DNA of 64,000 nucleotides, from contig CAZSWF010000001.1 in NCBI GenBank assembly GCA_964610995.1, forward strand, positions 2,813-66,812, read 5' to 3'. Positions 22,510 through 32,543 of this stretch are shown piece by piece. Position 1 is the first letter of the stretch; every line of letters starts with the position of its first letter. A program made the position numbers and the translations under genes. The notes below the pieces were generated by a model, which saw only the letters and a list, made by a program, of their open reading frames with translations, did not search any database and had not been told where the DNA came from. The DNA is from an uncultured Candidatus Saccharibacteria bacterium. GTDB taxonomy: Bacteria > Patescibacteriota > Minisyncoccia > Phycocordibacterales > UBA9973.

Positions 22510-23511
22510 TTATTGCGACAAGCTTTCGATCAGGCGTTTGCCTTGTTCAAATAGGTCGAGTGTGGGTAGTCCGTCTGCAGTGAGGAGCACCGAGGTGAAG
22601 TCGTAGGTAGTGGGAGTACCTTTTTCTAATGTCGCAGTCAGTATGCCTGATACACCGAGTATATCTCTGACCACGAGTCGTCCACCTCCGACGAAGTTGC
22701 CGAGTGAGTATGCGACTGGTGCGCCATTGTACACCTCTATTTTGCGTAGTACATGTGGTCCTGCACCGAGCACGAGGTCTGCGCCTGCATCTATCGCGGT
22801 GTATGCGACTTGTTGGACATTACCGCGATCTTCACTACCTACATATTCGTTTACACCTAGTACATCTGTTTTATCTACACCTTCTGCACCCCCATGGAAA
22901 ATGACAATCACAAAGTCATTGGTTTCGGTGAGCTTGGTCACTTCGCGTGTGATGAAGTCGTAGTCGGTAATGGTGCGCGCAGGCTCGGTGCTCGAGAGTC
23001 CGAGTATGCCAACCTTTTTACCTTTTACAACGATACTGGTAGAAGGATTGGTAGGAGAAATGTACGGTATACCAACTTCATTGAGTACTGCCTCGGTATC
23101 AGCGAGTCCTTCGGAGAAATAATCGTACGAGTGGTTGTTGACCAATGATACGAAGTCAAAGCCCGCATCTTTTAATGAATATGCAAATGATGCATCTCCC
23201 CGAAATGCGTGACACATACTCGAGAGATAGATGCATTTGTCCATACGATCTGCCGCTGCAAATGTACCTTCGAGGTTGCCGATCATGAGATCGGGCTTTT
23301 CTAGCTCCTGTTGTACTGTCGCAAATGCACGGTAGTTGTAGTCTGGATCAATGCTTGGGACCATGTCGCCGACCCAGCCGATCGTGATGTTGGTGCGCGT
23401 AGGTGTCGGGGTGACAAATACACTTGTGGGTGCCTGTGCCCACAGAGCACTGGTACCAATGATGCCAGCGATGATCACGAGTGCAATGATAGAACGGATA
23501 GTCGTGCGCAT
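22510..23511 (-). CDS. CapA/PgsA-family metallophosphatase (poly-gamma-glutamate synthesis-like), secreted
   Basis: Signal peptide; GNLEG, GFD...NNH, FHGG, GAGPH metallophosphoesterase-like motifs typical of CapA. Confidence 0.75.
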   Translation of the reverse strand: MRTTIRSIIALVIIAGIIGTSALWAQAPTSVFVTPTPTRTNITIGWVGDMVPSIDPDYNYRAFATVQQELEKPDLMIGNLEGTFAAADRMDKCIYLSSMCHAFRGDASFAYSLKDAGFDFVSLVNNHSYDYFSEGLADTEAVLNEVGIPYISPTNPSTSIVVKGKKVGILGLSSTEPARTITDYDFITREVTKLTETNDFVIVIFHGGAEGVDKTDVLGVNEYVGSEDRGNVQQVAYTAIDAGADLVLGAGPHVLRKIEVYNGAPVAYSLGNFVGGGRLVVRDILGVSGILTATLEKGTPTTYDFTSVLLTADGLPTLDLFEQGKRLIESLSQ

Positions 23512-23515
23512 AGTG

Positions 23516-25447
23516 TTATACGAGTACGTAGTCGAGCAGACGCTTCACAATATCGGCGTTGGTTACCTTGAACCTGACACTATCTCCAATACGAAACTCT
23601 TTGCGAGTCTTGCGACCGACGATTGTCATTTCTTTTTCTCGGTATTCAAAGTAGTCGTTGCCAATATCGCGCAGACGAACCATACCTTCACACTTTGTTT
23701 CTTTTTCTTCGACGAAAATGCCATTGGGAGAGACGCCAGTGATCGTGCCGTTAAATACTTGCCCGATTCGAGTCGACATGTACTCCACTTGTTTGTATTT
23801 GATCGATGCGCGCTCTGCGTCAGCTGCTTCTTTTTCACGTATAGATGAATGACTGCAAACACGGTCGTAGTATTCCCATAGCTCCTTGGGGATTGTGCCG
23901 TTGGCCAGGTAGTGAGTCAGGAGTCGGTGCACGATGGTGTCGGGGTATCGACGAATAGGTGAGGTGAAGTGTGTATAGAACTCAAATGCAAGTCCGTAGT
24001 GACCGATATTTTTCGTACTATATATAGCCTTGGCCATAGATCTGACGATTGCAGTTTGGATCGTTTCTTTTTCTGGTTTGCCGTCGAGTGACTGTACGAG
24101 TTCGTTGAGCGCACGTGCAGGAATGATGCCGTCGTCATTTACCTTGAGGTTGTAGCCCATACGCTTGAGGAATGTCTTGAGGTCTTCCATGCGCTCAGGA
24201 TCAGGGTTGTCATGGACTCGATAGACGAACACGCGCTCGTTTTCTTTGTCACCGGTAGTGATGAACTCCGCGACCTTGCGGTTGGCGAGCAACATGAGCT
24301 CTTCGATCATGTGGTGTGTTTGACCACGCTCTTTGACATATGCAGACAGTGGCACACCGTTCTCATCGAGCTTAAACTTCACTTCGACAGTGTCGAGCAC
24401 CATTGCTCCCGCAGCAAATCGTTTCTTTTCTAGGTCTTGGGCGATAGCGAGCGCAGCTTGGAGTTCTTTTAAAAATGGTCCTTCTTTGGTATCGAGTACT
24501 TTTTGTGCATTTTCGTAGGTAAATCGCTGGTGGGAGTGGATGACTGTCTTGCCATACCATTCATCAACGACATTCATGTGTTTGTCTATAATAAAGACCG
24601 CAGACATAGTGAGACGATCGACGTCGGGGTTCAATGAGCAAAGGTTGTTGGAGAGTGCTTCAGGAAGCATTGGGATCGTGCGGTCAACGAGATACACACT
24701 GGTCGCACGACGGTATGCTTCTGCATCGAGTGCAGTGTCGGGACGCACATAGTGTGAGACATCTGCGATGTGGATACCGACTTCTATCTTGCCATCATCG
24801 AGAAACTGGATAGATATTGCATCGTCAAAGTCTTTGGCGTCTTCGGGATCGATGGTAAACGTGGTGATCTGTCGGAAGTCTCGGCGGTTTGCTTTCTCTT
24901 CTTCGGTGATACCACGCTCGGCAATAGCGAGTGCTTCTGCATCGACTGCGGGTGGGTAGTCGTTATCAAATCCTTTTTCAAGTGCGAGCGAGAGCATCTC
25001 GGCATTGTTCTCGAGTGGTTTGCCGAGCACTTTCATCACTTCTCCGGTCGGGGATTGCATCGGATCAGGCCAGTCAGTGATCGCACAGAACACTTTGTCA
25101 CCTTGCTTGGCACCGGCGAGCTTGGACTCCGGGATAGTGATCGGTGTGTACATGCGACCGTCGTTGGTCACAATGCAGTGTGCGCCTTGTTCAAACGAGA
25201 GGGTACCAGAATAGCCGATCTTGGCACGGCGAGTGATGTCGATCACTTTGCCATACGGGTTGTCATGGTTTGCATTGGGGAGTTCGGTGATCTCCACTTT
25301 GACGATATCGCCATGAAATGCGCGGTTGAGTGCCTCACGTGGGACTTCTACCGCCATTTTAGGGTCACGGACTTTCACAAAGCCAGTACCTTTGGTTGAG
25401 ATATTGATCGTGCCTTCATATGAGGCACCGACTGAGACGTTTTCCAT
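23516..25447 (-). CDS. rnr: Ribonuclease R (RNB family 3'-5' exoribonuclease)
   Basis: Cold-shock/OB N-terminal, RNB domain, C-terminal S1 domain (GTVNR...FGFV-like); 643 aa. Confidence 0.9.
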   Translation of the reverse strand: MENVSVGASYEGTINISTKGTGFVKVRDPKMAVEVPREALNRAFHGDIVKVEITELPNANHDNPYGKVIDITRRAKIGYSGTLSFEQGAHCIVTNDGRMYTPITIPESKLAGAKQGDKVFCAITDWPDPMQSPTGEVMKVLGKPLENNAEMLSLALEKGFDNDYPPAVDAEALAIAERGITEEEKANRRDFRQITTFTIDPEDAKDFDDAISIQFLDDGKIEVGIHIADVSHYVRPDTALDAEAYRRATSVYLVDRTIPMLPEALSNNLCSLNPDVDRLTMSAVFIIDKHMNVVDEWYGKTVIHSHQRFTYENAQKVLDTKEGPFLKELQAALAIAQDLEKKRFAAGAMVLDTVEVKFKLDENGVPLSAYVKERGQTHHMIEELMLLANRKVAEFITTGDKENERVFVYRVHDNPDPERMEDLKTFLKRMGYNLKVNDDGIIPARALNELVQSLDGKPEKETIQTAIVRSMAKAIYSTKNIGHYGLAFEFYTHFTSPIRRYPDTIVHRLLTHYLANGTIPKELWEYYDRVCSHSSIREKEAADAERASIKYKQVEYMSTRIGQVFNGTITGVSPNGIFVEEKETKCEGMVRLRDIGNDYFEYREKEMTIVGRKTRKEFRIGDSVRFKVTNADIVKRLLDYVLV

Positions 25448-25471
25448 TGAGACACTTTAGCACAATTTGGT

Positions 25472-25526
25472 CAGTATGAATATTTTGCGTCCTCGCTGCG
25501 CTGCGGGATGCAAAATATTCATACTG
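25472..25526. promoter_or_regulatory. 17-bp perfect inverted repeat (CAGTATGAATATTTTGC ... GCAAAATATTCATACTG) in the rnr/rpsP divergent region
   Basis: Perfect 17-bp arms separated by ~20 nt GC-rich loop; lies between divergent starts, so not a terminator. Confidence 0.4.
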
Positions 25527-25547
25527 GACCTCACCGTGCTTCTTTCG

Positions 25548-25576
25548 TTGACGCTTCCTGTATATTCTGCTATTAT
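25548..25576 (+). promoter_or_regulatory. Sigma70-like promoter of rpsP (TTGACG-17-TATTAT); implies near-leaderless transcript
   Basis: -10 ends 10 nt before ATG at 25586. Confidence 0.5.
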
Positions 25577-25585
25577 CCGACCTAC

Positions 25586-25891
25586 ATGTTAAAGATCAGA
25601 CTACAACGCATCGGCCGTAAAAACGAACCAGCTTTTCGCCTGGTCGTCACCGATAGTAAAAATGCTGCACAAAGTGGCAAGTTTTTGGAGATTCTCGGTA
25701 CTCACACAGTCAAAAGTGATGCCACTTCATTTAAAAATGACCGCATCCTCCACTGGATCAAAAACGGTGCACAGGTTTCAGACACTGCACACAACATGCT
25801 CGTAAAACAGGGTGTGATCGAAGGCAAAAAGAAAAATGTCTTGTCCAAGAAATCTCCGACCGTAAAGCGTAAGGAACTCAAGAAGAAATAA
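25586..25891 (+). CDS. rpsP: 30S ribosomal protein S16
   Basis: MLKIRLQRIGRKNEPAFRLVV canonical S16 N-terminus. Confidence 0.9.
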   Translation: MLKIRLQRIGRKNEPAFRLVVTDSKNAAQSGKFLEILGTHTVKSDATSFKNDRILHWIKNGAQVSDTAHNMLVKQGVIEGKKKNVLSKKSPTVKRKELKKK

Positions 25892-26009
25892 GATCACGCA
25901 CAAAAACCATATATTTTTTTCGGTCCTCGGGTCAGTTCACCAGACACTCAAAAAACATATGGTTTTTGTGCTATGATGTTCAATATTATTTGTAATCCAA
26001 TACATACAC

Positions 26010-26315
26010 ATGACTGACAAAGAATTTCTGGAATTTACCGTAAAGTCTCTAGTGGACAACCCTGCCGACGTCGTGATCGACCGTACGGTAGATGAAATGG
26101 GAGTATTGCTGACACTGTCTGTAAATCAAAATGATATGGGCAAGATCATCGGCCGTCAGGGCAACACCGCCAAGGCGATACGTACACTCTTGCGTGTAGT
26201 GGGTATGAAGCACAATGCTCGGGTGAACCTCAAGATCAACGAACCAGCAGGCTACAAAGGCCAGCCCGAAGTCGCCGACCTCGATGACGCAATGGCAGAT
26301 CTCAAGGATCTCTAG
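26010..26315 (+). CDS. KH-domain RNA-binding protein (YlqC/UPF0109-like)
   Basis: GxxG KH loop IIGRQGNTAKAIR; conserved position after rpsP. Confidence 0.8.
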   Translation: MTDKEFLEFTVKSLVDNPADVVIDRTVDEMGVLLTLSVNQNDMGKIIGRQGNTAKAIRTLLRVVGMKHNARVNLKINEPAGYKGQPEVADLDDAMADLKDL

Positions 26316-26421
26316 TATAGATAAGACTACAAACCAGACCTCACAGGTCCGGTTTTGACATGTATAGAAAAGGTGGTAGTCTAAGAAAAACGCTATTTTT
26401 CACCTTTTAAAAATATGAACA

Positions 26422-26739
26422 ATGAAAAAAATATTGTTGATGGTATTTTTCACGATTGCTCTGAGTCAGCAGTCGTGTATTCCCCCAAATCCTTTTTGTG
26501 TAGCGGGTCCATTTCAGCCCAACATGTTTGTTGTAAATAACCTGGCGTTCAACAGGCTCTATCCATTTGCATATGAACAAAACGGCTACTACTATTGTGG
26601 TTATGATCAAGGTGTTCGGTTTTGGTATGACGAAACACGACCCAACTATTGGTTTATACGAAACATGATCGCGACACAAGGACGTGTTCTCGTAAGACTC
26701 TCGTATGACTGGGGGGGAAGACCTGTTCTCTCATACTAA
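26422..26739 (+). CDS. Small secreted Cys/Tyr-rich hypothetical protein (occupies the usual rimM slot)
   Basis: Signal peptide MKKILLMVFFTIALSQQ; no homology recognised. Confidence 0.45.
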   Translation: MKKILLMVFFTIALSQQSCIPPNPFCVAGPFQPNMFVVNNLAFNRLYPFAYEQNGYYYCGYDQGVRFWYDETRPNYWFIRNMIATQGRVLVRLSYDWGGRPVLSY

Positions 26740-26816
26740 TTTCTCCAACGCTTTCGAGAGTATCTCTCTGAGGCGTTTTATTTTGACTTTTTATACAAAT
26801 ATTGTATTGTTATCTT

Positions 26817-27473
26817 ATGAAATTCCATTTTCTCACCATTTTCCCGGACATGATCCACTCGTACATTGGCGAGTCTATACTCAAGCGCGCAGGGGAGAAG
26901 AAACTACTAGCTTTTGATGTGAAAAATATTCGTGAGTTTAGCAAAGACAAGCATCACAAGACTGATGAACGTCCATATGGCGGGGGACCTGGTATGGTCA
27001 TGACAGCAGAGCCGATACTCAACGCATATAACAAATTGAAAATGAAAAAAGAAGGCAAAGTAAAAGTGATACAGCTCTCACCCAGCGGTAAACTGTTTAC
27101 CAATGAAATTGCAAAGAAATTTGCAAAGACGTACTCGGATATTGTATTTATTTGCGGTCGCTACGAGGGAGTCGATGATCGTGTCCGCAAGGTGTTGCGA
27201 GCAGACGAGTACAGTATCGGGCCATATACGCTCACTGGTGGTGAGCTCCCAGCGCTTGCTATGACCGATGCAATCGCTCGCCAGATCCCTGGAGTACTAG
27301 GAAAAGGGGAATCAGTCGAGGAGAGTCGTATCGCAAGTCCACGAGTGTATACTCGTCCAGAAATACTCGTATATAAAGGCAAAAAATACAAAGTCCCCAA
27401 GGTCCTCACCCAAGGGGACCATAAAAAGATCGATGAGTGGCGCCTGGCTGCGCAGGCAGGCAAAGGGCAGTAG
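26817..27473 (+). CDS. trmD: tRNA (guanine37-N1)-methyltransferase
   Basis: MKFHFLTIFPDM... SPOUT trefoil-knot motifs, YEGVDDRV. Confidence 0.9.
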   Translation: MKFHFLTIFPDMIHSYIGESILKRAGEKKLLAFDVKNIREFSKDKHHKTDERPYGGGPGMVMTAEPILNAYNKLKMKKEGKVKVIQLSPSGKLFTNEIAKKFAKTYSDIVFICGRYEGVDDRVRKVLRADEYSIGPYTLTGGELPALAMTDAIARQIPGVLGKGESVEESRIASPRVYTRPEILVYKGKKYKVPKVLTQGDHKKIDEWRLAAQAGKGQ

Positions 27474-27540
27474 AAGTAGGAGGCGTGATATACTACAACC
27501 GTACACATTTTAGTAATTCATTCTTAATGTTATTGATTTT

Positions 27541-28392
27541 ATGACTAATCCGAATGAGAAAGTAGTAGGTGAAGAAAAAGTAAACGAGATACCAGTCGAT
27601 CCACGAGAAACAGTAGCGGCACAAATGTCCGCAACAACGATCGAGCAAGTAGTCGAAGACCCGTTTGCAAAAGGTCGCGAGCGTATGGCAGCAGTGACTG
27701 GATTTTTTTCAAAAGCCAAAGAAAATTTTATCGCGACAAAAAATAAAGTTGGAGCATCGATCTCGCGTTTCTGGTCACGAACAAAAACTGCAGCAAGTAC
27801 TACTACCGCAGCAGTATTATCGTCTGACGTCCTTGCGAGCAGAGCAGACAATTGGGTAAGTGAAAAAACAGAGCAAGTCGGTGCATATATTGGAGAAAAA
27901 GGTGCAGCAGCTGCAAACTGGGTAGACGATAATCTCGAGGCAGGATACGACTGGAGTCAAAAAAAGCGCGAAGATCTTCAGAACTTCATTGAATCCAAGG
28001 CAGATCAAATGACGAACTATGTTGATGGAAAGGTAGAACTTGCCAAAGATGTTGCATTTTATGTCAAAGAAAAGACCACCGAAGGCCTAGATAGAGCAAA
28101 AAATGGTATCAAAAATCAATGGGATAATGTGAAAACATTTGGTGAAAACGCTATTGCATCAGCTAAAATGGAAGCTGCCAAGGTAAAAGAGGTATATCGT
28201 AACAAAATGAATGAAATCCATGCAAATAGACTTCGTGCCGAGTATGAAAAGGCTACTGCACAGGAAATGAAAGCGTCAACCAATCTAACAGAAGCTTCTG
28301 AAAAGGCAACCATTGCAAAGAAGAAAATGGAAGAACATGGTCAAAAAACAGGACTATTACGAGGCTTATCATTAGAAGTTGCGGCTGCATAA
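27541..28392 (+). CDS. Coiled-coil hypothetical protein (Ala/Lys/Glu-rich, repeated W-containing helices)
   Basis: No catalytic motifs; amphipathic helical repeats (..NWV.., ..YDW.., ..NQW..). Confidence 0.5.
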   Translation: MTNPNEKVVGEEKVNEIPVDPRETVAAQMSATTIEQVVEDPFAKGRERMAAVTGFFSKAKENFIATKNKVGASISRFWSRTKTAASTTTAAVLSSDVLASRADNWVSEKTEQVGAYIGEKGAAAANWVDDNLEAGYDWSQKKREDLQNFIESKADQMTNYVDGKVELAKDVAFYVKEKTTEGLDRAKNGIKNQWDNVKTFGENAIASAKMEAAKVKEVYRNKMNEIHANRLRAEYEKATAQEMKASTNLTEASEKATIAKKKMEEHGQKTGLLRGLSLEVAAA

Positions 28393-28401
28393 TACAACAA
28401 T

Positions 28402-28770
28402 ATGAATAAAGATACATTTTTACAAAATCTAGAAACTTCACCTATTAGTAATCAACGAAAGCAAGAGATAAGAGATATAGTCGAAAAGGATGGATGGAAC
28501 GACGATACTATTGAACTCATCAAGGATATTATTCAGGCAGATATTGAAAGTGATATGGGTACCCTACCTCCCGAAGACCAGGTTGCTGCAACTAAAGCAA
28601 CCCAAGAACTCAGTGCAAGTCTGGCTACAATAGAGCAGACAGTGGCACAAGATATGGCGTTTGTTGAAGGGGAGATGAACGATCTCGAATCGATGACCAA
28701 AGACATCGAGAAGACCGTGGACGAGACTCAGATAGATACCCTCAAAGAAGATATTACAAAATCAGTCTAA
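28402..28770 (+). CDS. Acidic hypothetical protein
   Basis: Continuous ORF, strongly acidic, no domain recognised. Confidence 0.4.
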   Translation: MNKDTFLQNLETSPISNQRKQEIRDIVEKDGWNDDTIELIKDIIQADIESDMGTLPPEDQVAATKATQELSASLATIEQTVAQDMAFVEGEMNDLESMTKDIEKTVDETQIDTLKEDITKSV

Positions 28771-28836
28771 ACTATAGCTATTGACTTAATATAATATATA
28801 TGTTAATATACATTCAAACCTTAAAATTGATAGTAT

Positions 28837-29112
28837 ATGTCACATACAGATAAAAAATCTCTCAGAAATATTATTAAAAAAGTAAAACAACCATTAAGTG
28901 TTGTTCCACCTCCCGCAAAGGTTATTGTGCACCCCAGTGTGCCCACAGAAGCCATTGCAAAGCCAGTGGATACCACAGATCCGTCAGATCAAGTCCAGCC
29001 AAAACTCGCACTTGCAGAGCAAATACGTGCCAGATATGAGTTGTTCATGAACGATTGCCGTTTGATAGACCGCCAGGTCGATCTTTCAAAACAAAAATAT
29101 AATGGGGAATAA
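28837..29112 (+). CDS. Hypothetical protein
   Basis: ORF only. Confidence 0.3.
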   Translation: MSHTDKKSLRNIIKKVKQPLSVVPPPAKVIVHPSVPTEAIAKPVDTTDPSDQVQPKLALAEQIRARYELFMNDCRLIDRQVDLSKQKYNGE

Positions 29113-29329
29113 GTGAGATATGAGCACTCTGTGCTCATATCGAGGCCGTTTCATTTATGAAGCGGCTTTTTATTTGACAGAGTCGATACTCTATACTACA
29201 CTAGATATCCCTACAGATTACGGAAGAGTTGCGATTGATTGCTGTATTTTATTAGACGAGAGAGATAGAAAGCCTCCACCACACTGGTCGGACGGCGATT
29301 TTTGCGTTTATATACCTTTTATATTACCC

Positions 29330-32300
29330 ATGAGCAAAACAATAGCTACTTCAACAAAGCGTCCAAAAAAGTATTTTTCTAAATACAAAGAACCATTGGT
29401 CGAGTTCCCCAACCTTATCCAACACCAGATCGACTCGTACAACTGGCTCATCGAAAAGGGTCTCAAAGAAGTCTTTAAAGAATTTACACCTATCAATGAT
29501 TATTCAGGCAAGAAGTTCCAGCTCGACTTGGTCTCATTTCATTTGACACCACCGACGCACGACGAACACTATGCCAAAGAAAACAAACTCTCGCTCGAAA
29601 CAGCACTCAAGGCTCGTATCAAACTAACCAACAAACAAACAGGATCTGAAAAAGAGCAAGAAATCTTTCTCTCTGATATTCCTGTGATGACCAACCACGG
29701 CACATTCATTATCAACGGTGTCGAGCGGTCACTTATCCCACAGCTCCAGCGATCATCAGGAGTATTTTTCACTGAACTTGAAATAAAAGGCAAGCGATTT
29801 TTCGGTGCAAAGATTATCCCCAATCGTGGTGTCTGGATCGAGATCGAGTCTGATCCATCTGGAGAAGTCTTTGTTCGCATCGACAAGAAAAAGAAGTTTT
29901 CTATTATTACACTGCTCCGTGCGCTCGGACTCACCGAAGATGCACTTATTCTCAAACAGTTCAAGGGTGACACTGCACAGGCGATCATCAAGGCTGCTAT
30001 CGAAAAAGATCCAGTCAAAGATCAAACGAGTGCTTTTGTGGAAATATATCGCAAGCTCCGTGATGGCGATCTAGCCAACGCCGACAACGCACGAGAGTTC
30101 GTCAACACACTTTTTGGTGAAGAACGGTACGATCTTTCGCAAGTGGGACGCTTCCGGTTCAACAAGCGCTTTGAACTCGACATGAGTGACAAAGAAATGA
30201 ATCGCAAGACACTCTCTGCGGCAGACATCTCAGTGATCATTGCACACATCATTCACCTCAACACAACTCCAGGAAGCCATCCAGACGATATCGACAACCT
30301 TTCATCTCGTCGTGTGCGTTTCGTCGGTGAGCTCTTGCAATCCAAGATTCACATGGGCTTCACCCAGATCAAGCGTAATGTCCAAGATCGTATGAGTACG
30401 ATCGACGCATCCAATGCGCTGCCGATCCAGGTCGTCAACCAGCGCCCACTACAGGCTCGTATCAAAGAGTTCTTTACGACCAACCAACTCTCACAGTTTA
30501 TGGCGCAAGACAACATTCTCTCAGAGATCGAAGAACTCCGTACTGTTTCAGCGCTCGGTCCTGGAGGGTTGACTCGAGAACGTGCAACACTTGAAGTACG
30601 TGACGTACACACCTCTCACTATGGTCGCGTGTGTCCGATCCATACTCCAGAAGGTCCAAACATTGGTTTGATTTTGCGTCTCGCGATTTACGCACGTGTC
30701 AACGAGTTTGGTATTATCGAAACTCCATATGCAAAGGTAAAAGGAGGCAAGATCACTGAAGAAATCGTCTACTTGAATGCAGCAGAAGAAGAAAAATACA
30801 TCATCGCTCATGCAGGTATGCGTCAAGACAGTAGTATGCTCCCTGATCGAGTCGAAGCTCGTATTCGTACTTCGCCAGGTATTGTCGACAAGAAAGATGT
30901 GGACTTCATCGACGTCGCTCCCAACCAAGCCTTCTCTGTTGCAACCTCGATGGTACCGTTTCTCGAACATAACGATGCAAACCGTGCATTGATGGGTAGT
31001 AACATGCAAAAGCAGGCAGTCCCAGTTATCCGTCCAGAAGCGCCACTCGTGGCAACAGGTATGGAAGAACTTGCAGCGCCGTATTCAGGACGCCTCGTGA
31101 TAGCAGAAGAATCTGGTGAAGTAGTAGCAGTAGATGCTACCAAGGTCACGATCAAAAATGACAAGACAAACAAAGACCACACCTACTCACTGGTCAACTT
31201 CCAGCGCACCAACTCATTCAACGCATTTCATCAACGACCAGTGGTCTCATTGGGTCAAAAGGTAAAGAAGGGGGAGCTGCTCGCCGACACATCAACGACC
31301 GATCACGGACAAATAGCACTCGGACAAAACATGCGTGTAGCGTTCATGTCATGGAACGGCAACAACTTCGAAGACGCGATCATTCTTTCAGAGCGACTGA
31401 TCAAGGATTCCAAGTTCACCTCTATGTACATCGCAGAGTTTACTGCGGTAGTGCGTGACACCAAGCTTGGTCCCGAGGTTACGACACGCGACATTCCCAA
31501 CGTCGGTGAAGCGCGACTCAAGGACCTCGACGAAGAAGGTATCATTCGTGTCGGCGCAGAAGTCAAAGAAGGAGATATTTTGGTAGGTAAAATTACTCCA
31601 AAGGGTGAAACCGAACTCACCCCCGAAGAACGTTTGCTCCGTAGTATCTTTGCTGAGAAAGCGCGTGATGTAAAAGATACATCGTTGAAAATGGATCACG
31701 GCAAACGTGGTCGCATCATCCGAGTCAAGGTATTTTCTCGAGAGCACGGTCACACACTCGAAAGTGGCGTCCTCAAAAAAATCGTGATTGAAGTCGCACA
31801 GCTGCGCAACATCTCTGTCGGTGACAAGCTCGCAGGACGACACGGAAACAAAGGTGTCATCTCTGTGGTGCTCCCCGAAGAAGACATGCCATACATGGCA
31901 GATGGTACACCTGTAGACGTCGTACTTACACCGCTCGGTGTTCCTTCACGTATGAACCTCGGACAGATCCTCGAAGTTCACTTGGGACTCGCGGCTCATG
32001 AGCTCGGCTACCAAGCGATCGTGCCACCATTTAGTGGCGCAACTGACGCTGAGATCAAGGCAGAGCTCGTCACTGCAGGACTCCCAGAAAATGGTCTCGT
32101 ACCACTCTACGACGGCCGTACTGGAGAAAAATATGAGCAAGATATTGCAGTAGGGTACATGTACATCTTGAAACTGCACCACATGGTAGAAGACAAGATT
32201 CACATGCGAAGTATTGGTCCATACTCTTTGATTACACAGCAGCCACTCGGTGGTAAGGCACAAGGTGGAGGTCAGCGTTTCGGAGAAATGGAGGTCTGGG

Positions 32301-32536
32301 CACTCGAAGGGTACGGTGCTGCACACACACTGCGCGAAATGCTTACGATCAAGTCTGACGATATTCGCGGACGTGCAGCGACCTTTGACTCTATTATCAA
32401 AGGCGAACCGATTCGTGAGCCAAACACTCCTGCATCGTTTATGGTGATGTTGAACTATCTCCGTGGACTTGCGCTCGACGTGGAACTCAACTCGTCACAT
32501 GCACCATTACCAGCGGATGAAGAAATAACTGCATAA
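29330..32536 (+). CDS. rpoB: DNA-directed RNA polymerase subunit beta
   Basis: Start set at MSKTIATSTKRPKK...; conserved RpoB regions throughout (GGQRFGEMEVWALEGYGAA etc.). Upstream in-frame 70 codons judged non-coding. Confidence 0.95.
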   Translation: MSKTIATSTKRPKKYFSKYKEPLVEFPNLIQHQIDSYNWLIEKGLKEVFKEFTPINDYSGKKFQLDLVSFHLTPPTHDEHYAKENKLSLETALKARIKLTNKQTGSEKEQEIFLSDIPVMTNHGTFIINGVERSLIPQLQRSSGVFFTELEIKGKRFFGAKIIPNRGVWIEIESDPSGEVFVRIDKKKKFSIITLLRALGLTEDALILKQFKGDTAQAIIKAAIEKDPVKDQTSAFVEIYRKLRDGDLANADNAREFVNTLFGEERYDLSQVGRFRFNKRFELDMSDKEMNRKTLSAADISVIIAHIIHLNTTPGSHPDDIDNLSSRRVRFVGELLQSKIHMGFTQIKRNVQDRMSTIDASNALPIQVVNQRPLQARIKEFFTTNQLSQFMAQDNILSEIEELRTVSALGPGGLTRERATLEVRDVHTSHYGRVCPIHTPEGPNIGLILRLAIYARVNEFGIIETPYAKVKGGKITEEIVYLNAAEEEKYIIAHAGMRQDSSMLPDRVEARIRTSPGIVDKKDVDFIDVAPNQAFSVATSMVPFLEHNDANRALMGSNMQKQAVPVIRPEAPLVATGMEELAAPYSGRLVIAEESGEVVAVDATKVTIKNDKTNKDHTYSLVNFQRTNSFNAFHQRPVVSLGQKVKKGELLADTSTTDHGQIALGQNMRVAFMSWNGNNFEDAIILSERLIKDSKFTSMYIAEFTAVVRDTKLGPEVTTRDIPNVGEARLKDLDEEGIIRVGAEVKEGDILVGKITPKGETELTPEERLLRSIFAEKARDVKDTSLKMDHGKRGRIIRVKVFSREHGHTLESGVLKKIVIEVAQLRNISVGDKLAGRHGNKGVISVVLPEEDMPYMADGTPVDVVLTPLGVPSRMNLGQILEVHLGLAAHELGYQAIVPPFSGATDAEIKAELVTAGLPENGLVPLYDGRTGEKYEQDIAVGYMYILKLHHMVEDKIHMRSIGPYSLITQQPLGGKAQGGGQRFGEMEVWALEGYGAAHTLREMLTIKSDDIRGRAATFDSIIKGEPIREPNTPASFMVMLNYLRGLALDVELNSSHAPLPADEEITA

Positions 32537-32543
32537 CTCGTAT

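Noticed and set aside
29120-29329. 70-codon in-frame N-terminal extension of the rpoB ORF (MSTLCSYRGRF...)
   Set aside because: Sequence is unlike any RpoB N-terminus. Canonical RpoB begins at MSKTIATSTKRPKK (~29330) and the extension is just an open upstream frame. While reading this stretch by eye my codon bookkeeping did not stay in register with the ORF track around 29279-29281; I trust the track (computed) over my manual count and do not claim a frameshift.
30548-31843. Multiple 100-150 aa antisense ORFs inside rpoB/rpoC, typA (8785-9636), rnr (24770-25399) and uvrB (56857-57501)
   Set aside because: Typical shadow ORFs in G+C-rich coding DNA; the sense-strand genes are unambiguous.
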